From Candidatus Omnitrophota bacterium (GTDB lineage Bacteria; Omnitrophota; Gorgyraeia; JAZDFF01), in the NCBI GenBank assembly GCA_043808095.1, contig JAZDFF010000031.1, positions 101,073 to 165,072 of the forward strand: DNA of 64,000 nucleotides, written 5' to 3'. Below are positions 36,064 to 46,901 of this stretch, in pieces. Numbering within the stretch: position 1 is the first letter of the stretch; the number at the start of each line of letters is the position of its first letter. A program made the translations under genes and the position numbers. The notes beneath the pieces are model-generated. The model did not search any database. It was not told where the DNA came from and saw only the letters and a list, made by a program, of their open reading frames with translations.

Positions 36064-36882
36064 TTACCATGTTCTATCTTTTTCTTCTTGGCTGATAAAC
36101 TTCCGTAATTTTTTTAATGCATTTTCTTCTATTTGGCGGACACGCTCCCGGGAGATTTCCATATCCTTGGCAACCTCGGCAAGGGTGTAACTCCTTCCGT
36201 TAGTGAGGCCGAATCTTAAATCCAGGACCTGTTTTTCTTTTTCGTTCATCTGGCCCAAGAGATTTGAGACACTATCACGGTTTATAAACTGTGAAATTTC
36301 GTCTTCTGAGGAACCGCTAGACTCATCCTTAATCATATCCATTACCTGGCCGTCTCCGTCTTCGCCGATAGGCGCATCAAGAGAGGCGGTCTTGGTAATC
36401 CATTTTCTGATGTCTCTAACTTTATCAATCGGTAAATGCATTTTTCTGGCAATATCTGAAGTCGAAGGTGCGCGTTTCAATTTTTGGCTCAGCGCCTCTT
36501 TGGTCTTATTCCATTTTGAAATTAGTTCGCTCATATAGACAGGCACACGCACGGTCTTAGACTGTTCAAAAAGTGCGCGGGTAATACTCTGCCTTATCCA
36601 CCAGGCGGCGTAGGTAGAAAACCTGTAGCCTTTTTTGGGATTAAATTTGTCTACTGCCTTCATTAAGCCGAGGTTGCCCTCTTCAATTAAATCTATTAAG
36701 GGGAGGCCGAAATTACCGTAACGTTTGGCAATATTGATGACCAGGCGCAGGTTGGAACGAATCATCTTAAGGCGCGCTTCCTGATCGCCCTTTTTGATGA
36801 GCCTGCTCAGGTCTATTTCATCCTTGGCAGTTAAAAGAGGGATATTTTTGATTTCCTTCAGATATATCTTTATGGCTTCCAT
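36064..36882 (-). CDS. Sigma-70 family factor lacking region 1.1 (RpoS/group 2-like)
   Basis: SNLRLVINIAK, DLIEEGNLGL, FSTYAAWWIRQ, SRERVRQIE. Confidence 0.9.
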   Translation of the reverse strand: MEAIKIYLKEIKNIPLLTAKDEIDLSRLIKKGDQEARLKMIRSNLRLVINIAKRYGNFGLPLIDLIEEGNLGLMKAVDKFNPKKGYRFSTYAAWWIRQSITRALFEQSKTVRVPVYMSELISKWNKTKEALSQKLKRAPSTSDIARKMHLPIDKVRDIRKWITKTASLDAPIGEDGDGQVMDMIKDESSGSSEDEISQFINRDSVSNLLGQMNEKEKQVLDLRFGLTNGRSYTLAEVAKDMEISRERVRQIEENALKKLRKFISQEEKDRTW

Positions 36883-36962
36883 TTTCTCTCTACTCTCTAT
36901 CCCGAATGAAGTTACTCAAGAATTTATGCTTCGGGATCCCGATGCGTCTCTTCGCAGTAATG

Positions 36963-39704
36963 CTACTTTCGGGACTCTCTACTTTTCAACACTGCCTGGG
37001 CTGCGGCTAAGGTTGCAATGGGAACGCGAAAAGGCGAACAGCTCACATAGTCCATACCTACAGAGTGACAGAATTCTACGGAACGCGGCTCACCGCCATG
37101 TTCGCCGCAAATCCCGACCTCAAGCTTAGGATTGGCCTTTCTTCCCCGTTCGATTCCTATCTTAATTAACTCGCCTATTCCTTCCTGGTCAATGCTCTGG
37201 AAAGGATCCTCAGGTAATATCCCTTTCTTGATATATTCAGGTAAAAAAGAGCCGATATCATCGCGGGAAAAACCGAATCCCATCTGGGTAAGGTCATTGG
37301 TGCCGTAAGAGAAAAATTGGGCGACAGTTGCGATTTTGCCGGCAACCAGGGCTGCGCGCGGAATCTCAATCATCGTGCCGAACATATGCTTGATTTTCTT
37401 TAAATTATATTTTTTGAGTGTCTCTTCATAAACTCTTTTGGCAATTATAAATTGGTCATTTAATTCTTTTACGTCACAGACAACCGGGATCATGATTTCC
37501 GGATATGGGTCTTTGCCTTCTTTGATAAGTTCAGCTGCGGCCTCAAAAATCGACTTGATCTGCATTATGCTAATCTCAGGATAGGTAACTCCAAGGCGCA
37601 CTCCCCGGTGGCCCATCATAGGGTTTGACTCGTGTAAATTCTCGGCACGGGAAGCTAATTCCTCCATGCTGATATTAAGGTCCCTGGCTAACTGTTCGAG
37701 TTTATCCTTATCGCGCGGGACAAATTCATGCAGGGGCGGGTCTAACAGGCGGATTACTACCGGATATCCATCCATTGCCTCAAGCGTGCCCTTGATATCC
37801 TTTTTCACGTGAGGATAAAGTTCATCAATGGCATGCTGCCTTTCATCTTTAGTCTTTGAAATAATCATCTTACGCAGGATAAAAAGCGACTCATCCGCGC
37901 CTTTGCCGTAAAACATATGCTCGGTCCTAAAAAGGCCGATGCCTTCTGCGCCGAACTGCCTGGCCCTTTGGGCATCAGAAGGGGTATCCGCATTGGTACG
38001 CACCCCCAGTTTTTTTACAGTGCGGCAGATCTTTAAAAATCCGTCTAAGACCTCGTTTTCCTCGCCTACATCCATCATAGGAAGCCTTCCTTCATAGACA
38101 TTGCCTTTGGTCCCGTTTAAGGTAACCCAGTCGCCTTCCCTTAAGGTTTTTCCTTCGCCAGACATGGTTTTTTGGTTGGCATCAATGTGCAAACTGCCGC
38201 AGCCGACAATACAACATTTGCCCCAACCGCGTGCCACTAATGCCGCATGCGAAGTCATCCCGCCCCGGGCAGTTAAAATTGCCTGGGCAGCGCGCATACC
38301 CTCGACATCTTCGGGATTGGTTTCTTCGCGCACCAGGATTACTTTTTTGCCCTGTTTATTCCACTCTACGGCTTCATGGGCAGAGAATACGATCTGGCCG
38401 TTAGCGCCGCCTGGTCCGGCAGGCAAACCTTTAGCCAGAGGCTTATGCGTCATTTCAGCCTTTGGGTCAATAACCGGATGCAGTAATTCATCAAGCTGAG
38501 CTGGCGTAACCCGCATTATTGCGGTATCTTTTTTAATCAATTTTTCGCTAATCATATCCATGGCCATGCGTATTGCTGCCGGTCCGTTACGTTTTCCTAC
38601 GCGGCATTGCAGCATAAAGAGCTTGCCTTTTTCAATGGTAAATTCGATATCCTGCATATCATGGTAATGTTTTTCAAGGCGATTCTGGATGTTATAAAGC
38701 GCCTGATAAATCTCGGGCATGGCAATCTCTAAAGTTACCAGGTCCTTATTATGTTCAGACGTCGAATATTTATTTATAGGCGCAGGCGTGCGGATTCCCG
38801 CAACCACGTCTTCTCCCTGGGCATTGATTAAATATTCGCCGTAAAATTCGCTTTCTCCGTTTCCGGGGTTTCGCGTAAAGGCTACACCGGTTGCGGAATC
38901 TGTCCCCATATTACCAAAGACCATGGTCTGGACTGTTACTGCCGTGCCCCATTCATCAGGGATATTTTCTATGCGCCGGTAACTTATGGCACGCCTTCCG
39001 TTCCAGGAGGAAAATACCGCGCCGATCCCGCCCCATAACTGTTCGTTATGTTCGTCGGGAAAATCCTTTTTTAGGACCTCTTTAATCCTGGCCTTAAATT
39101 GAGCGCAGAGTTTCTTTAAATCTTCGACGGTTAAATCGGTGTCGGTTTTATAGCCCTTTTCGTTTTTAGCCTGACGCATAATACGCTCTAATTGTTTACG
39201 TATTCCGGATTCATCATCCTTGGGTTCGATGCCTGAGGCCTTTTCCATGACTACGTCTGAATACATCATAATCAGCCTGCGATAGGCATCATAGACAAAA
39301 CGGGAATTCCCGCCTGACTGCTTTATCAGGCCGGGGATAGTTTTTTCGGTTAATCCGACATTTAAAACCGTCTCCATCATCCCGGGCATTGATTTACGCG
39401 CCCCGGAACGCACTGAAACCAATAGCGGATTGTTCGCGTCGCCAAATTTCCTGGCCATTAATTTTTCTATTCTACCCATGGCATTATCGACTTCATCTTT
39501 GAGGCCCTGGGGATAATGTTTACGGTTTTTATAATAAAATGTACAAACCTCGGTGGTAATAGTAAATCCGGGCGGAACAGGAAGCTGTAAATCTTTATGG
39601 CCGGCCATCTCTGCAAGGTTTGCCCCTTTGCCGCCAAGAAGATTCTTCATGCTCTCATTTCCATCGGCCTTTCCGCCACCAAAGAAGTAGACGAATTTTT
39701 TCAT
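36963..39704 (-). CDS. ppdK: Pyruvate phosphate dikinase
   Basis: LLGGKGANLAEM, GGMTSHAA, GICGEHGG. Confidence 0.97.
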   Translation of the reverse strand: MKKFVYFFGGGKADGNESMKNLLGGKGANLAEMAGHKDLQLPVPPGFTITTEVCTFYYKNRKHYPQGLKDEVDNAMGRIEKLMARKFGDANNPLLVSVRSGARKSMPGMMETVLNVGLTEKTIPGLIKQSGGNSRFVYDAYRRLIMMYSDVVMEKASGIEPKDDESGIRKQLERIMRQAKNEKGYKTDTDLTVEDLKKLCAQFKARIKEVLKKDFPDEHNEQLWGGIGAVFSSWNGRRAISYRRIENIPDEWGTAVTVQTMVFGNMGTDSATGVAFTRNPGNGESEFYGEYLINAQGEDVVAGIRTPAPINKYSTSEHNKDLVTLEIAMPEIYQALYNIQNRLEKHYHDMQDIEFTIEKGKLFMLQCRVGKRNGPAAIRMAMDMISEKLIKKDTAIMRVTPAQLDELLHPVIDPKAEMTHKPLAKGLPAGPGGANGQIVFSAHEAVEWNKQGKKVILVREETNPEDVEGMRAAQAILTARGGMTSHAALVARGWGKCCIVGCGSLHIDANQKTMSGEGKTLREGDWVTLNGTKGNVYEGRLPMMDVGEENEVLDGFLKICRTVKKLGVRTNADTPSDAQRARQFGAEGIGLFRTEHMFYGKGADESLFILRKMIISKTKDERQHAIDELYPHVKKDIKGTLEAMDGYPVVIRLLDPPLHEFVPRDKDKLEQLARDLNISMEELASRAENLHESNPMMGHRGVRLGVTYPEISIMQIKSIFEAAAELIKEGKDPYPEIMIPVVCDVKELNDQFIIAKRVYEETLKKYNLKKIKHMFGTMIEIPRAALVAGKIATVAQFFSYGTNDLTQMGFGFSRDDIGSFLPEYIKKGILPEDPFQSIDQEGIGELIKIGIERGRKANPKLEVGICGEHGGEPRSVEFCHSVGMDYVSCSPFRVPIATLAAAQAVLKSRESRK

Positions 39705-39777
39705 TACTAAAAAATCCCCCTTTCTAACTACAGGCTTACGCCTGTAGAATTCCCCATACGTAAGTATGGGGTAAACG

Positions 39778-41136
39778 CTATGCTAATTTCTGCAATAGAT
39801 ACTCTTTTAGTTTATCTACGCTGATGCGCTCCTGCTTCATAGTATCGCGCTCGCGTACGGTCACTTGTTTATCTTCTAAACTCTGCACATCTACCGTCAC
39901 GCAAAAAGGCGTTCCGACCTCATCCTGCCTACGATAAAGTTTTCCAATAGCTGCAGTATCATCATAAACACAGACCAATGATTTTTTTAAATCTTGGGTT
40001 ATCTTTTTGGCTAACTCTACAATCTCTGGACGATTCTTTAAAAGCGGCAGCACAGCCACTTTATTGGGAGCCAGATCTTTATGGAGTTTTAAGACTACGC
40101 GTAAGTCATCTTTGACCCCATTAGAAATATTCGGGTTTTCTTTATCAATAAATTTTCTAACGGGGTGAACTTTTTCCTCGTGGTAGGCATCAACCAAAAA
40201 TGCCAAAAGCGCCCGGTCTACGCCTCCGGATGGCTCAATGATAAAAGGATAATATCTAACTTTGGTTTCTTCATCAAAATAACTTAAGTCTTTGCCGCTG
40301 ATCTGGGCATGTTGTTTTAAATCGAAGTCCGTACGATTGGCAATTCCTTCCAACTCGCTCCATCCGAAGGGAAAATTATATTCAATATCAGTGCAGGCCC
40401 GAGCATAATGGGCAAGTTCGTCTTTTCCGTGAGGGCGTTTTCTTAGGTTTTCTTTTTTCATCCCTAAATTAAGATACCAGTCAAAACGTTCGTTAATCCA
40501 CTCTTCTAATTTATTATCGGCATCTTGGGGCTTAACAAAATATTCAATCTCCATCTGCTCGAATTCGCGGGTGCGGAAGGTAAAATTACCGGGGGTAATT
40601 TCATTTCTGAAGGCCTTGCCGATCTGGGCCAGGCCAAAAGGAAGTTTGGGATGGCGGGAATCAAGGATATTAGCGAAATTTACAAACATGCCTTGGGCGG
40701 TTTCAGGGCGCAGATAAATAAGGTTAGTAGTATCTTCAACCGGGCCCTGATGAGTCTTAAACATCAGGTTAAACGGCCGGCTTTCAGTCAACTCTCCGCC
40801 GCACTCAGGACATTTATTTTTATTCTTTAGGTCTTGAGTCTTAAAACGCTTTTTGCAGGCCTTACAGTCGCTTTTTAAATCAAAAAAATTCTGCACATGA
40901 CCGGATGCCTCCCAAACCTTAGGATGCATAAGGATGGCTGCGTCCATGCCCAGGATGTCATTACGTTCCCAGACAACTGCCCTCCACCAGGCGCGTTTCA
41001 GGTTATTTTTTATTTCCACGCCAAACGGGCCGTAATCCCAGGTATTGGCAAGGCCCCCGTAAATATCGCTGCCCTGAAAGATTATCCCGCGGCGTTTGCA
41101 GAGAGATACTATTTTTTCCATTGAATCTTGACTCAT
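39778..41136 (-). CDS. glyQS: Glycine--tRNA ligase (alpha2 type) with 18-aa repeat-derived insertion
   Basis: LRPETAQG, FRNEITP, RTREFEQME, IGKLYRRQDE. Confidence 0.95.
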   Translation of the reverse strand: MSQDSMEKIVSLCKRRGIIFQGSDIYGGLANTWDYGPFGVEIKNNLKRAWWRAVVWERNDILGMDAAILMHPKVWEASGHVQNFFDLKSDCKACKKRFKTQDLKNKNKCPECGGELTESRPFNLMFKTHQGPVEDTTNLIYLRPETAQGMFVNFANILDSRHPKLPFGLAQIGKAFRNEITPGNFTFRTREFEQMEIEYFVKPQDADNKLEEWINERFDWYLNLGMKKENLRKRPHGKDELAHYARACTDIEYNFPFGWSELEGIANRTDFDLKQHAQISGKDLSYFDEETKVRYYPFIIEPSGGVDRALLAFLVDAYHEEKVHPVRKFIDKENPNISNGVKDDLRVVLKLHKDLAPNKVAVLPLLKNRPEIVELAKKITQDLKKSLVCVYDDTAAIGKLYRRQDEVGTPFCVTVDVQSLEDKQVTVRERDTMKQERISVDKLKEYLLQKLA

Positions 41137-41137
41137 T

Positions 41138-41980
41138 TTATTTAGTTTTTAATTTAGATAATTCCTCTTCTTTTATGCTAAAACTATGCTCTTTTGTCGG
41201 AAAAGCCCGATCCTCTACTTCTTTCTTGTATTCTTTGATTGCCTCTAAAATAATGCTTGAGGCATTTACGTATTGCTTGACAAACTTAGGCTTAAAACGT
41301 TCAAAGAGGCCGAGCATATCATGAGTAACTAAAACCTGCCCATCGCAATTTATGCCTGCGCCGATTCCGATGGTCGGTATTTTTAATTTTTGGGTTATAA
41401 GCTCAGCAATCTTATCCGGCACACATTCTAAGACGATAGAAAAACATCCCAGGCGCTCTAAATCCTGGGCTTGTTTAATCAGCCTTTGGGCTGCCTCGGC
41501 GTCTTTTCCCTGGACCTTAAAACCGCCCAGCTTATCCGCGGTCTGGGGGGTCAGGCCGATATGGCCCATCACCGGAATTCCCGCTTTAATAATCCTCTCT
41601 GTTACCTCAAGGCATTTATCAAACCATTCTAATTTTATAGCATCGCAATTTGCCTCTTTAATAAACCTCTCGGCATTTTTAACCGAGGCCTCAATATCCA
41701 CCTGATATGACTCATAAGGCATATCACCGACCACCAGGGCAGTCTTTACTGCCCGGGTTACTGCCTTGGCATGATGCAACATCTCAGCCATGCCGACTTT
41801 GGTGGTTGAGTCCAGTCCCAATACCACGTTAGCCAGAGAATCTCCCACCAGAATCATATCAATCCCTGCCTTATCAACTAGGGACGCTAAAGGATAGTCA
41901 TAAGCAGTGAGCATGGTAATGGCCTGGCCGCTTTTTTTCTTTTTTAGGATATCCCCGACAGTAACTTTTTTAATTTCCAT
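41138..41980 (-). CDS. panB: 3-methyl-2-oxobutanoate hydroxymethyltransferase
   Basis: LTAYD, LVGDSL, GHIGLTPQ, DGQVLV. Confidence 0.96.
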   Translation of the reverse strand: MEIKKVTVGDILKKKKSGQAITMLTAYDYPLASLVDKAGIDMILVGDSLANVVLGLDSTTKVGMAEMLHHAKAVTRAVKTALVVGDMPYESYQVDIEASVKNAERFIKEANCDAIKLEWFDKCLEVTERIIKAGIPVMGHIGLTPQTADKLGGFKVQGKDAEAAQRLIKQAQDLERLGCFSIVLECVPDKIAELITQKLKIPTIGIGAGINCDGQVLVTHDMLGLFERFKPKFVKQYVNASSIILEAIKEYKKEVEDRAFPTKEHSFSIKEEELSKLKTK

Positions 41981-43365
41981 TAATTATGTGATTTAATGTA
42001 TTTATCGATTTGCACTGCTGCTTTTTTGGCTGCGCCCATTGCAGAGATTACCGTATCCGCACCGGTAACAATATCTCCGGCGGCAAATACCCCGGGAATC
42101 GAGGTCATATAAGTGGCTTTATCAATCCAAACGGTCCCATCTTCGTTGGTCTTTAGTTCTGACGTGGCTTTGGCAATTAAGGGATTAGGACTTTGACCAA
42201 CAGCAACAATCACAGTGTCTACGGAAAGCGTAAATTCAGAGCCTTTTATAGGGATAGGCCTCGGCCTTCCGCTGGCATCAGGCTCGCCTAATTGCATCTT
42301 TAGGCATTTAAGGCCTTTAACCTTGCCATTTTCATCTCTCAAAATTTCTACAGGCTGGGTCAGGAGATTAAAGATTAAGCCTTCATCTTTGGCATTCTCT
42401 ACCTCTTCATGCCTGGCCGGCATTTCACTTTCGGAACGACGGTAAACCAGGTATACTTTTTTACCCAGGCGGATGGAAACTCTCGCGCAGTCAAATGCCA
42501 CGTTTCCTGCGCCGATTACTGCTACGGTATTTCCGATATTTAGGGGCGTGGCGTATTCCGGGAATAGATAGGATTTCATCAGATTATTGCGTGTTAAGAA
42601 TTCATTGGCAGAATATACGCTGATAGAATTTTCACCCGGTATTCCTAAAAATTGGGGCAGGCCTGCGCCAGTTGCCAGCAATATGGCTTCATAGCCTTCA
42701 GCAAAAAGTTCATCTATGATATGGGTCTTTCCGATAAGAATATTGGCCTCTACTCCAACCCCTAACGATTTAATATAATCTACTTCAGAAAGAACAATCT
42801 GTTTAGGAAGCCTAAACTCGGGGATTCCGTACATTAAAACCCCGCCCGGCAGATGCAGGGATTCAAACAAGCTTATAGAGTATCCTATTTTAGCAAGATC
42901 TGCGGCTGCTGTCAAGCCGGCTGGGCCGCTTCCCACCACAGCAACCTTAAAACCACTTGATTTTGGTCGTGTGGTGGGGGTTTTCGATTTTCGATTTTCG
43001 ATTTTCGATTTTCGATCTATTCCACAGTCTGCTGCGTATCTCTCCAGGGCCCCGATATCGATGGGATTACCTTTCTTATTTAAAACGCATTTAAGCTCAC
43101 ATTGATTCTCCTGGGGACAGACCCTGCCGCAGACTGCAGGCAGGTTATTTTTCTCTTTAATTTTTTCCAAGGCCTCTCTGGGCTTACCCTCTGAAATGAG
43201 CTTAATAAATTCGGGAATCTCAATTTCTACCGGGCAACCCTCTACGCAAAAAGGTTTTTTACACTGAAGACAGCGTTTGGCCTCGGCAAGCGCCTCTTCT
43301 TCAGTCATGCCTAAGGCTACTTCAAAGAAATTCCTTATTCTTTCTTGGGGTTTTTGTTTTCGCAT
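41980..43365 (-). CDS. NfnB/SudA/GltD-like FAD Fe-S oxidoreductase
   Basis: RCLQC..C..GCP, CGRVCPQENQCE, GSGPAG, YGIPEFRLP. Confidence 0.9.
   Translation of the reverse strand: MRKQKPQERIRNFFEVALGMTEEEALAEAKRCLQCKKPFCVEGCPVEIEIPEFIKLISEGKPREALEKIKEKNNLPAVCGRVCPQENQCELKCVLNKKGNPIDIGALERYAADCGIDRKSKIENRKSKTPTTRPKSSGFKVAVVGSGPAGLTAAADLAKIGYSISLFESLHLPGGVLMYGIPEFRLPKQIVLSEVDYIKSLGVGVEANILIGKTHIIDELFAEGYEAILLATGAGLPQFLGIPGENSISVYSANEFLTRNNLMKSYLFPEYATPLNIGNTVAVIGAGNVAFDCARVSIRLGKKVYLVYRRSESEMPARHEEVENAKDEGLIFNLLTQPVEILRDENGKVKGLKCLKMQLGEPDASGRPRPIPIKGSEFTLSVDTVIVAVGQSPNPLIAKATSELKTNEDGTVWIDKATYMTSIPGVFAAGDIVTGADTVISAMGAAKKAAVQIDKYIKSHN
42981..43015. repeat. (TTTTCGA)x5 heptamer inside CDS
   Basis: Read directly; encodes DRKSKIENRKSKT. 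Confidence 0.95.
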
Positions 43366-44174
43366 GTCTTAAAAATCGACTGCTCCTGTTCTTTGAAAGA
43401 ATTGAGTCGCTGCCTTAACTCCTTAAAGTCAACCAAATGGGCATCAAATTCCGGACCATCCACACAACCGAATACGGTTTTACCCGCTACCTTACAGCGG
43501 CAGGCACCGCACATGCCGGTGGCATCGACCATTATGGGATTAAGGCTGACCACGGTCTTTATTTTAAATGGGAGTGTTTCTTTGGCTACGGCCTCCATCA
43601 TCAGTACCGGGCCAATAGCATAGACTAAATTTATAGGTTGCCGGTTTAAAATCTGTCTTAATATTTCGGTAACAAAACCCTTTTGGCCGTATGAGCCGTC
43701 GTCGGTAGTGATATAAAGTTCTTTGGAAACTGATTTCATCTCATCTTCCAGAATAAGCAGATTCTTAGAACGGCTGCCGATTATACCTAAACAAGAGTTT
43801 CCCGCTTCTTTAAAAGCCCTGGCAACAGGAAAGAGTTCTGCCACCCCAACTCCGCCTCCTACGCAAACAACCGTACCAAACTTCGCAATCTCGGTAGGCC
43901 TGCCTAACGGCCCAAGCAGGCTGTAAATTTTATCTCCCTCACTTAATTCGCCTAATTTCCTGGTAGAAAAACCCACCTCCTGGAATATTAAAGTTATTGT
44001 CCCCTTAACAGAATCCCAATCAGCAATAGTCAGAGGTATACGTTCTCCAAAACTATCCACTATAACTACCACAAACTGACCAGGTTTAGCCTTCTGGCTG
44101 ATAATAGGCGCATTGACTTCTAACAGCTTGATACCTTCGGCTAACTCTTTTTTATTAATTATTTTGAACATCAT
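43335..44174 (-). CDS. NfnA/SudB-like electron transfer subunit
   Basis: GERIPLTI, GGGVG, TDDGSYG, MVDATGMCGACRC, CVDGPEF. Confidence 0.9.
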   Translation of the reverse strand: MMFKIINKKELAEGIKLLEVNAPIISQKAKPGQFVVVIVDSFGERIPLTIADWDSVKGTITLIFQEVGFSTRKLGELSEGDKIYSLLGPLGRPTEIAKFGTVVCVGGGVGVAELFPVARAFKEAGNSCLGIIGSRSKNLLILEDEMKSVSKELYITTDDGSYGQKGFVTEILRQILNRQPINLVYAIGPVLMMEAVAKETLPFKIKTVVSLNPIMVDATGMCGACRCKVAGKTVFGCVDGPEFDAHLVDFKELRQRLNSFKEQEQSIFKTCENKNPKKE

Positions 44175-45129
44175 CTGTGGTTTTTATTTGCACTTCTATG
44201 TCCTTAAATTTTTTAGCCAGTGTTTCGCCTCTAACTTTTCCCAAGACAAAAATAGCGGTAGAAAGAGCATCTGCAGTTGTCCCGTCAGGCGCAATAACCG
44301 TTACCGAGGCAATTTTATTGTCTGCGGGATAGCCTGTTCTGGGATCAATGATATGGCTGTAGTGCCTGTGGTTTAAGATAAAATATTGTTGATAATTCCC
44401 AGAGGTCGCTACGGCTCTATCAACGAGTTTTAAATAACCCAAAATTTTGGATGAGTCTCTTGGATCCTGAATGCCTATATTCCAGGGTCTCCCGTTATTT
44501 GTGCCCAGACAATATATTTGTCCGCCGGCATTAATCAGGGCATCATTTATGCCTGATTTTTTTAGCTCCTCTATCGCCTCATCAACCGCATAGCCTTTGG
44601 CAATAGCACCCAGGTCAATATTTAGGCCTTTTTTTGTAAATTTTATCACGTAATCATTTCTGTCGATACTAATATTATCCATGCCGATTAAATTCTTGGC
44701 CTTATTTATCTGAGATTCAGATGGCAATTCTTTAGTCTTTATGGCGTGTTTCCACAAATCTACCAAGGGGCTTACCGTAATATCAAATGCGCCGTTGCTA
44801 ATTTGATGAAAATATTTTGCTCTCTCTATAATTTTTATGAGTTCATTGCTGACTTTTAAGGCACCGAGTTTATTAAGCCTAGAGACCTCACTTTGGGGAT
44901 CGAATTTATTAAATATAGTCTCAAGTTCTTTTATGTGAGCAAATACTATTCTTGACGCTGACTTGTTACTCGAGGTGACTTCTACAAAAGTGCCTAGGTG
45001 TAATTGCGTTTCTTTGTAAAGAGGCTTGTTTTGACAGCCGTATAGTAAAGTAGCGAGTAGCCCCGAAAGCAGTATTACTGTGAAGACATGCATAGGGATC
45101 CCGAAGATAGACTTCTTGAGTATCTTCAT
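44155..45129 (-). CDS. apbE: FAD:protein FMN transferase
   Basis: Lipobox LYGC, FDITV, DLGAIAKGY, ATSGNY, HIIDPRTG, DALST; start uncertain. Confidence 0.9.
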   Translation of the reverse strand: MKILKKSIFGIPMHVFTVILLSGLLATLLYGCQNKPLYKETQLHLGTFVEVTSSNKSASRIVFAHIKELETIFNKFDPQSEVSRLNKLGALKVSNELIKIIERAKYFHQISNGAFDITVSPLVDLWKHAIKTKELPSESQINKAKNLIGMDNISIDRNDYVIKFTKKGLNIDLGAIAKGYAVDEAIEELKKSGINDALINAGGQIYCLGTNNGRPWNIGIQDPRDSSKILGYLKLVDRAVATSGNYQQYFILNHRHYSHIIDPRTGYPADNKIASVTVIAPDGTTADALSTAIFVLGKVRGETLAKKFKDIEVQIKTTDDVQNN

Positions 45130-45175
45130 TCGGGACAAGTAGCGAGTAAGGCAATCTTTAGCGATGAATGAATTT

Positions 45176-46897
45176 TCATTTTTTAATTGTTTTAAGCAAT
45201 TTTTCGACTGATAAACTATTAAGAACGTCTTCCTTCTCCAGCCATCCGCGCCGAGCAACCGAAAGACCTAAATGCATAGAATAAAGCTGTTCAGCAGTAT
45301 GGCTATCTGTGCCAAGAGAAATCTTAACGCCCCACTCCTTAGCCTGACGGCAGTGCAGGTCATTTAAATCCAGTCGATTGGGAAAGGTATTAATCTCTAA
45401 GGCAGTATTAGTATCTTTAGCCACAGACAAAACCTTTTCAAAATTCAAAGGATAGCCATCGCGGCTGCCCCAGAGCCTTCCGGTGGGATGTGCGATAATA
45501 TGGACGTATTTATTTTTACAGGCCCGGGTAATCCTTTTAGTGAGTTGTTCGCTTGATTGTTTAAATCCCGAATGTATTGCCGCAACCACAATATCAAATT
45601 CCTTTAAAACCTCATCCTTATAATCAAGTTCGCCCTGGGAATTAATATCGACCTCTGTACCGTAAAGAATCCTAAAATTTGAAAGTTTTTTGTTCAGTTT
45701 ATCGATCTCGTTTTTCTTCTTATTTAACTGCCCGATAGTCAGGCCTCTGGCAATCTTAAGGCTCTGTGAGTGGTCAGTTACAGCAATATAACTAAATCCT
45801 ATTTTTTGGGCGGCATTGGCCATCTCTAAAATAGAGCTGCCTCCGTCAGACCAGGTAGAATGCGCATGCAGGTCGCCTTTGATATCGGAAAATTTGATAA
45901 GCTCTGGGAGTTTGTGGGCTAGGGCTAATTCAATCTCTCCGGTATCCTCGCGTAGTTCCGGCTCAATATAATCAAGACCTAAAATCTTAAATATCTCCTC
46001 TTCTGTTTTGCCGCAAACAAAGGTTTCGCGGGCCCCTTTAACCGAAAATACCCCGTACTCATTTATCTTTAATTTCTTTTTTATGGCCAGTTGCCTTAAT
46101 TTGATGTTAAGGTTTTTTGAGCCGGTAAAGTACATTAGCGCAGCACCGAATGATCGCGATTTTACCGCCCTCAAATCTACCTGAATGCCTTCATGCGTAA
46201 GTATTGAGGACTTTGTTTGCCCTTTTGCTAAAACATCCTTTACCCCAGGTATCCTTACAAATACCTCCATGATTTTTTCAGGATGCGCGGAAATTACCAG
46301 GATATCGATATCGCGCACGGTCTCTTTCATCCGCCGCAATGAACCGGCAACGCTGATTTTACTCACTTCTTTTAATTTTTCCAGAGGACTGATAAAGTCG
46401 CTTGATGCTGACATGGCTTTAGCCAAAGGCATACGCTCCCTGCCTTTTTTGATCAGCTCAATACCTTTTAAAATATTCTCGACCGTCTTCTCTTTGATAT
46501 TAGGCAGTCCCAATAATTTTCCGCTTCGGGCAAATTTCTCCAGACTATCAACATCCTGCATTTTTAGTTCATCTAATAATAATTTTGCGGTTTTAGGGCC
46601 TATTCCTGGAATATCCAGGATCTCCAGGAATCCTTTAGGAATTTGTCTTTTTAAGTCTTCATAAAATTTAAGATGTCCGGTCATAATGATTTCTTTTATC
46701 TTTCTTTCCAGGTCTTTTCCTATTCCCGGCAATTCCCTGAGCCTGTCCTGATTGGCGTATTCAATAATATCCTCGGTCATCCCCTCTAGATTCAAAGCGA
46801 CCCGTTCATAGGCGCGTATCCTAAAAGGGTTGTCGCCTTTAATTTCCAAAATCTTGGCAATATTTCTGAAGATTGAGGAGATTTCTAGATTTTTCAT
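45176..46897 (-). CDS. polX: DNA polymerase X with PHP domain
   Basis: GSLRR, DIDIL, YFTGSK, GDLHAHS. Confidence 0.95.
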   Translation of the reverse strand: MKNLEISSIFRNIAKILEIKGDNPFRIRAYERVALNLEGMTEDIIEYANQDRLRELPGIGKDLERKIKEIIMTGHLKFYEDLKRQIPKGFLEILDIPGIGPKTAKLLLDELKMQDVDSLEKFARSGKLLGLPNIKEKTVENILKGIELIKKGRERMPLAKAMSASSDFISPLEKLKEVSKISVAGSLRRMKETVRDIDILVISAHPEKIMEVFVRIPGVKDVLAKGQTKSSILTHEGIQVDLRAVKSRSFGAALMYFTGSKNLNIKLRQLAIKKKLKINEYGVFSVKGARETFVCGKTEEEIFKILGLDYIEPELREDTGEIELALAHKLPELIKFSDIKGDLHAHSTWSDGGSSILEMANAAQKIGFSYIAVTDHSQSLKIARGLTIGQLNKKKNEIDKLNKKLSNFRILYGTEVDINSQGELDYKDEVLKEFDIVVAAIHSGFKQSSEQLTKRITRACKNKYVHIIAHPTGRLWGSRDGYPLNFEKVLSVAKDTNTALEINTFPNRLDLNDLHCRQAKEWGVKISLGTDSHTAEQLYSMHLGLSVARRGWLEKEDVLNSLSVEKLLKTIKK

Positions 46898-46901
46898 AAT
46901 T

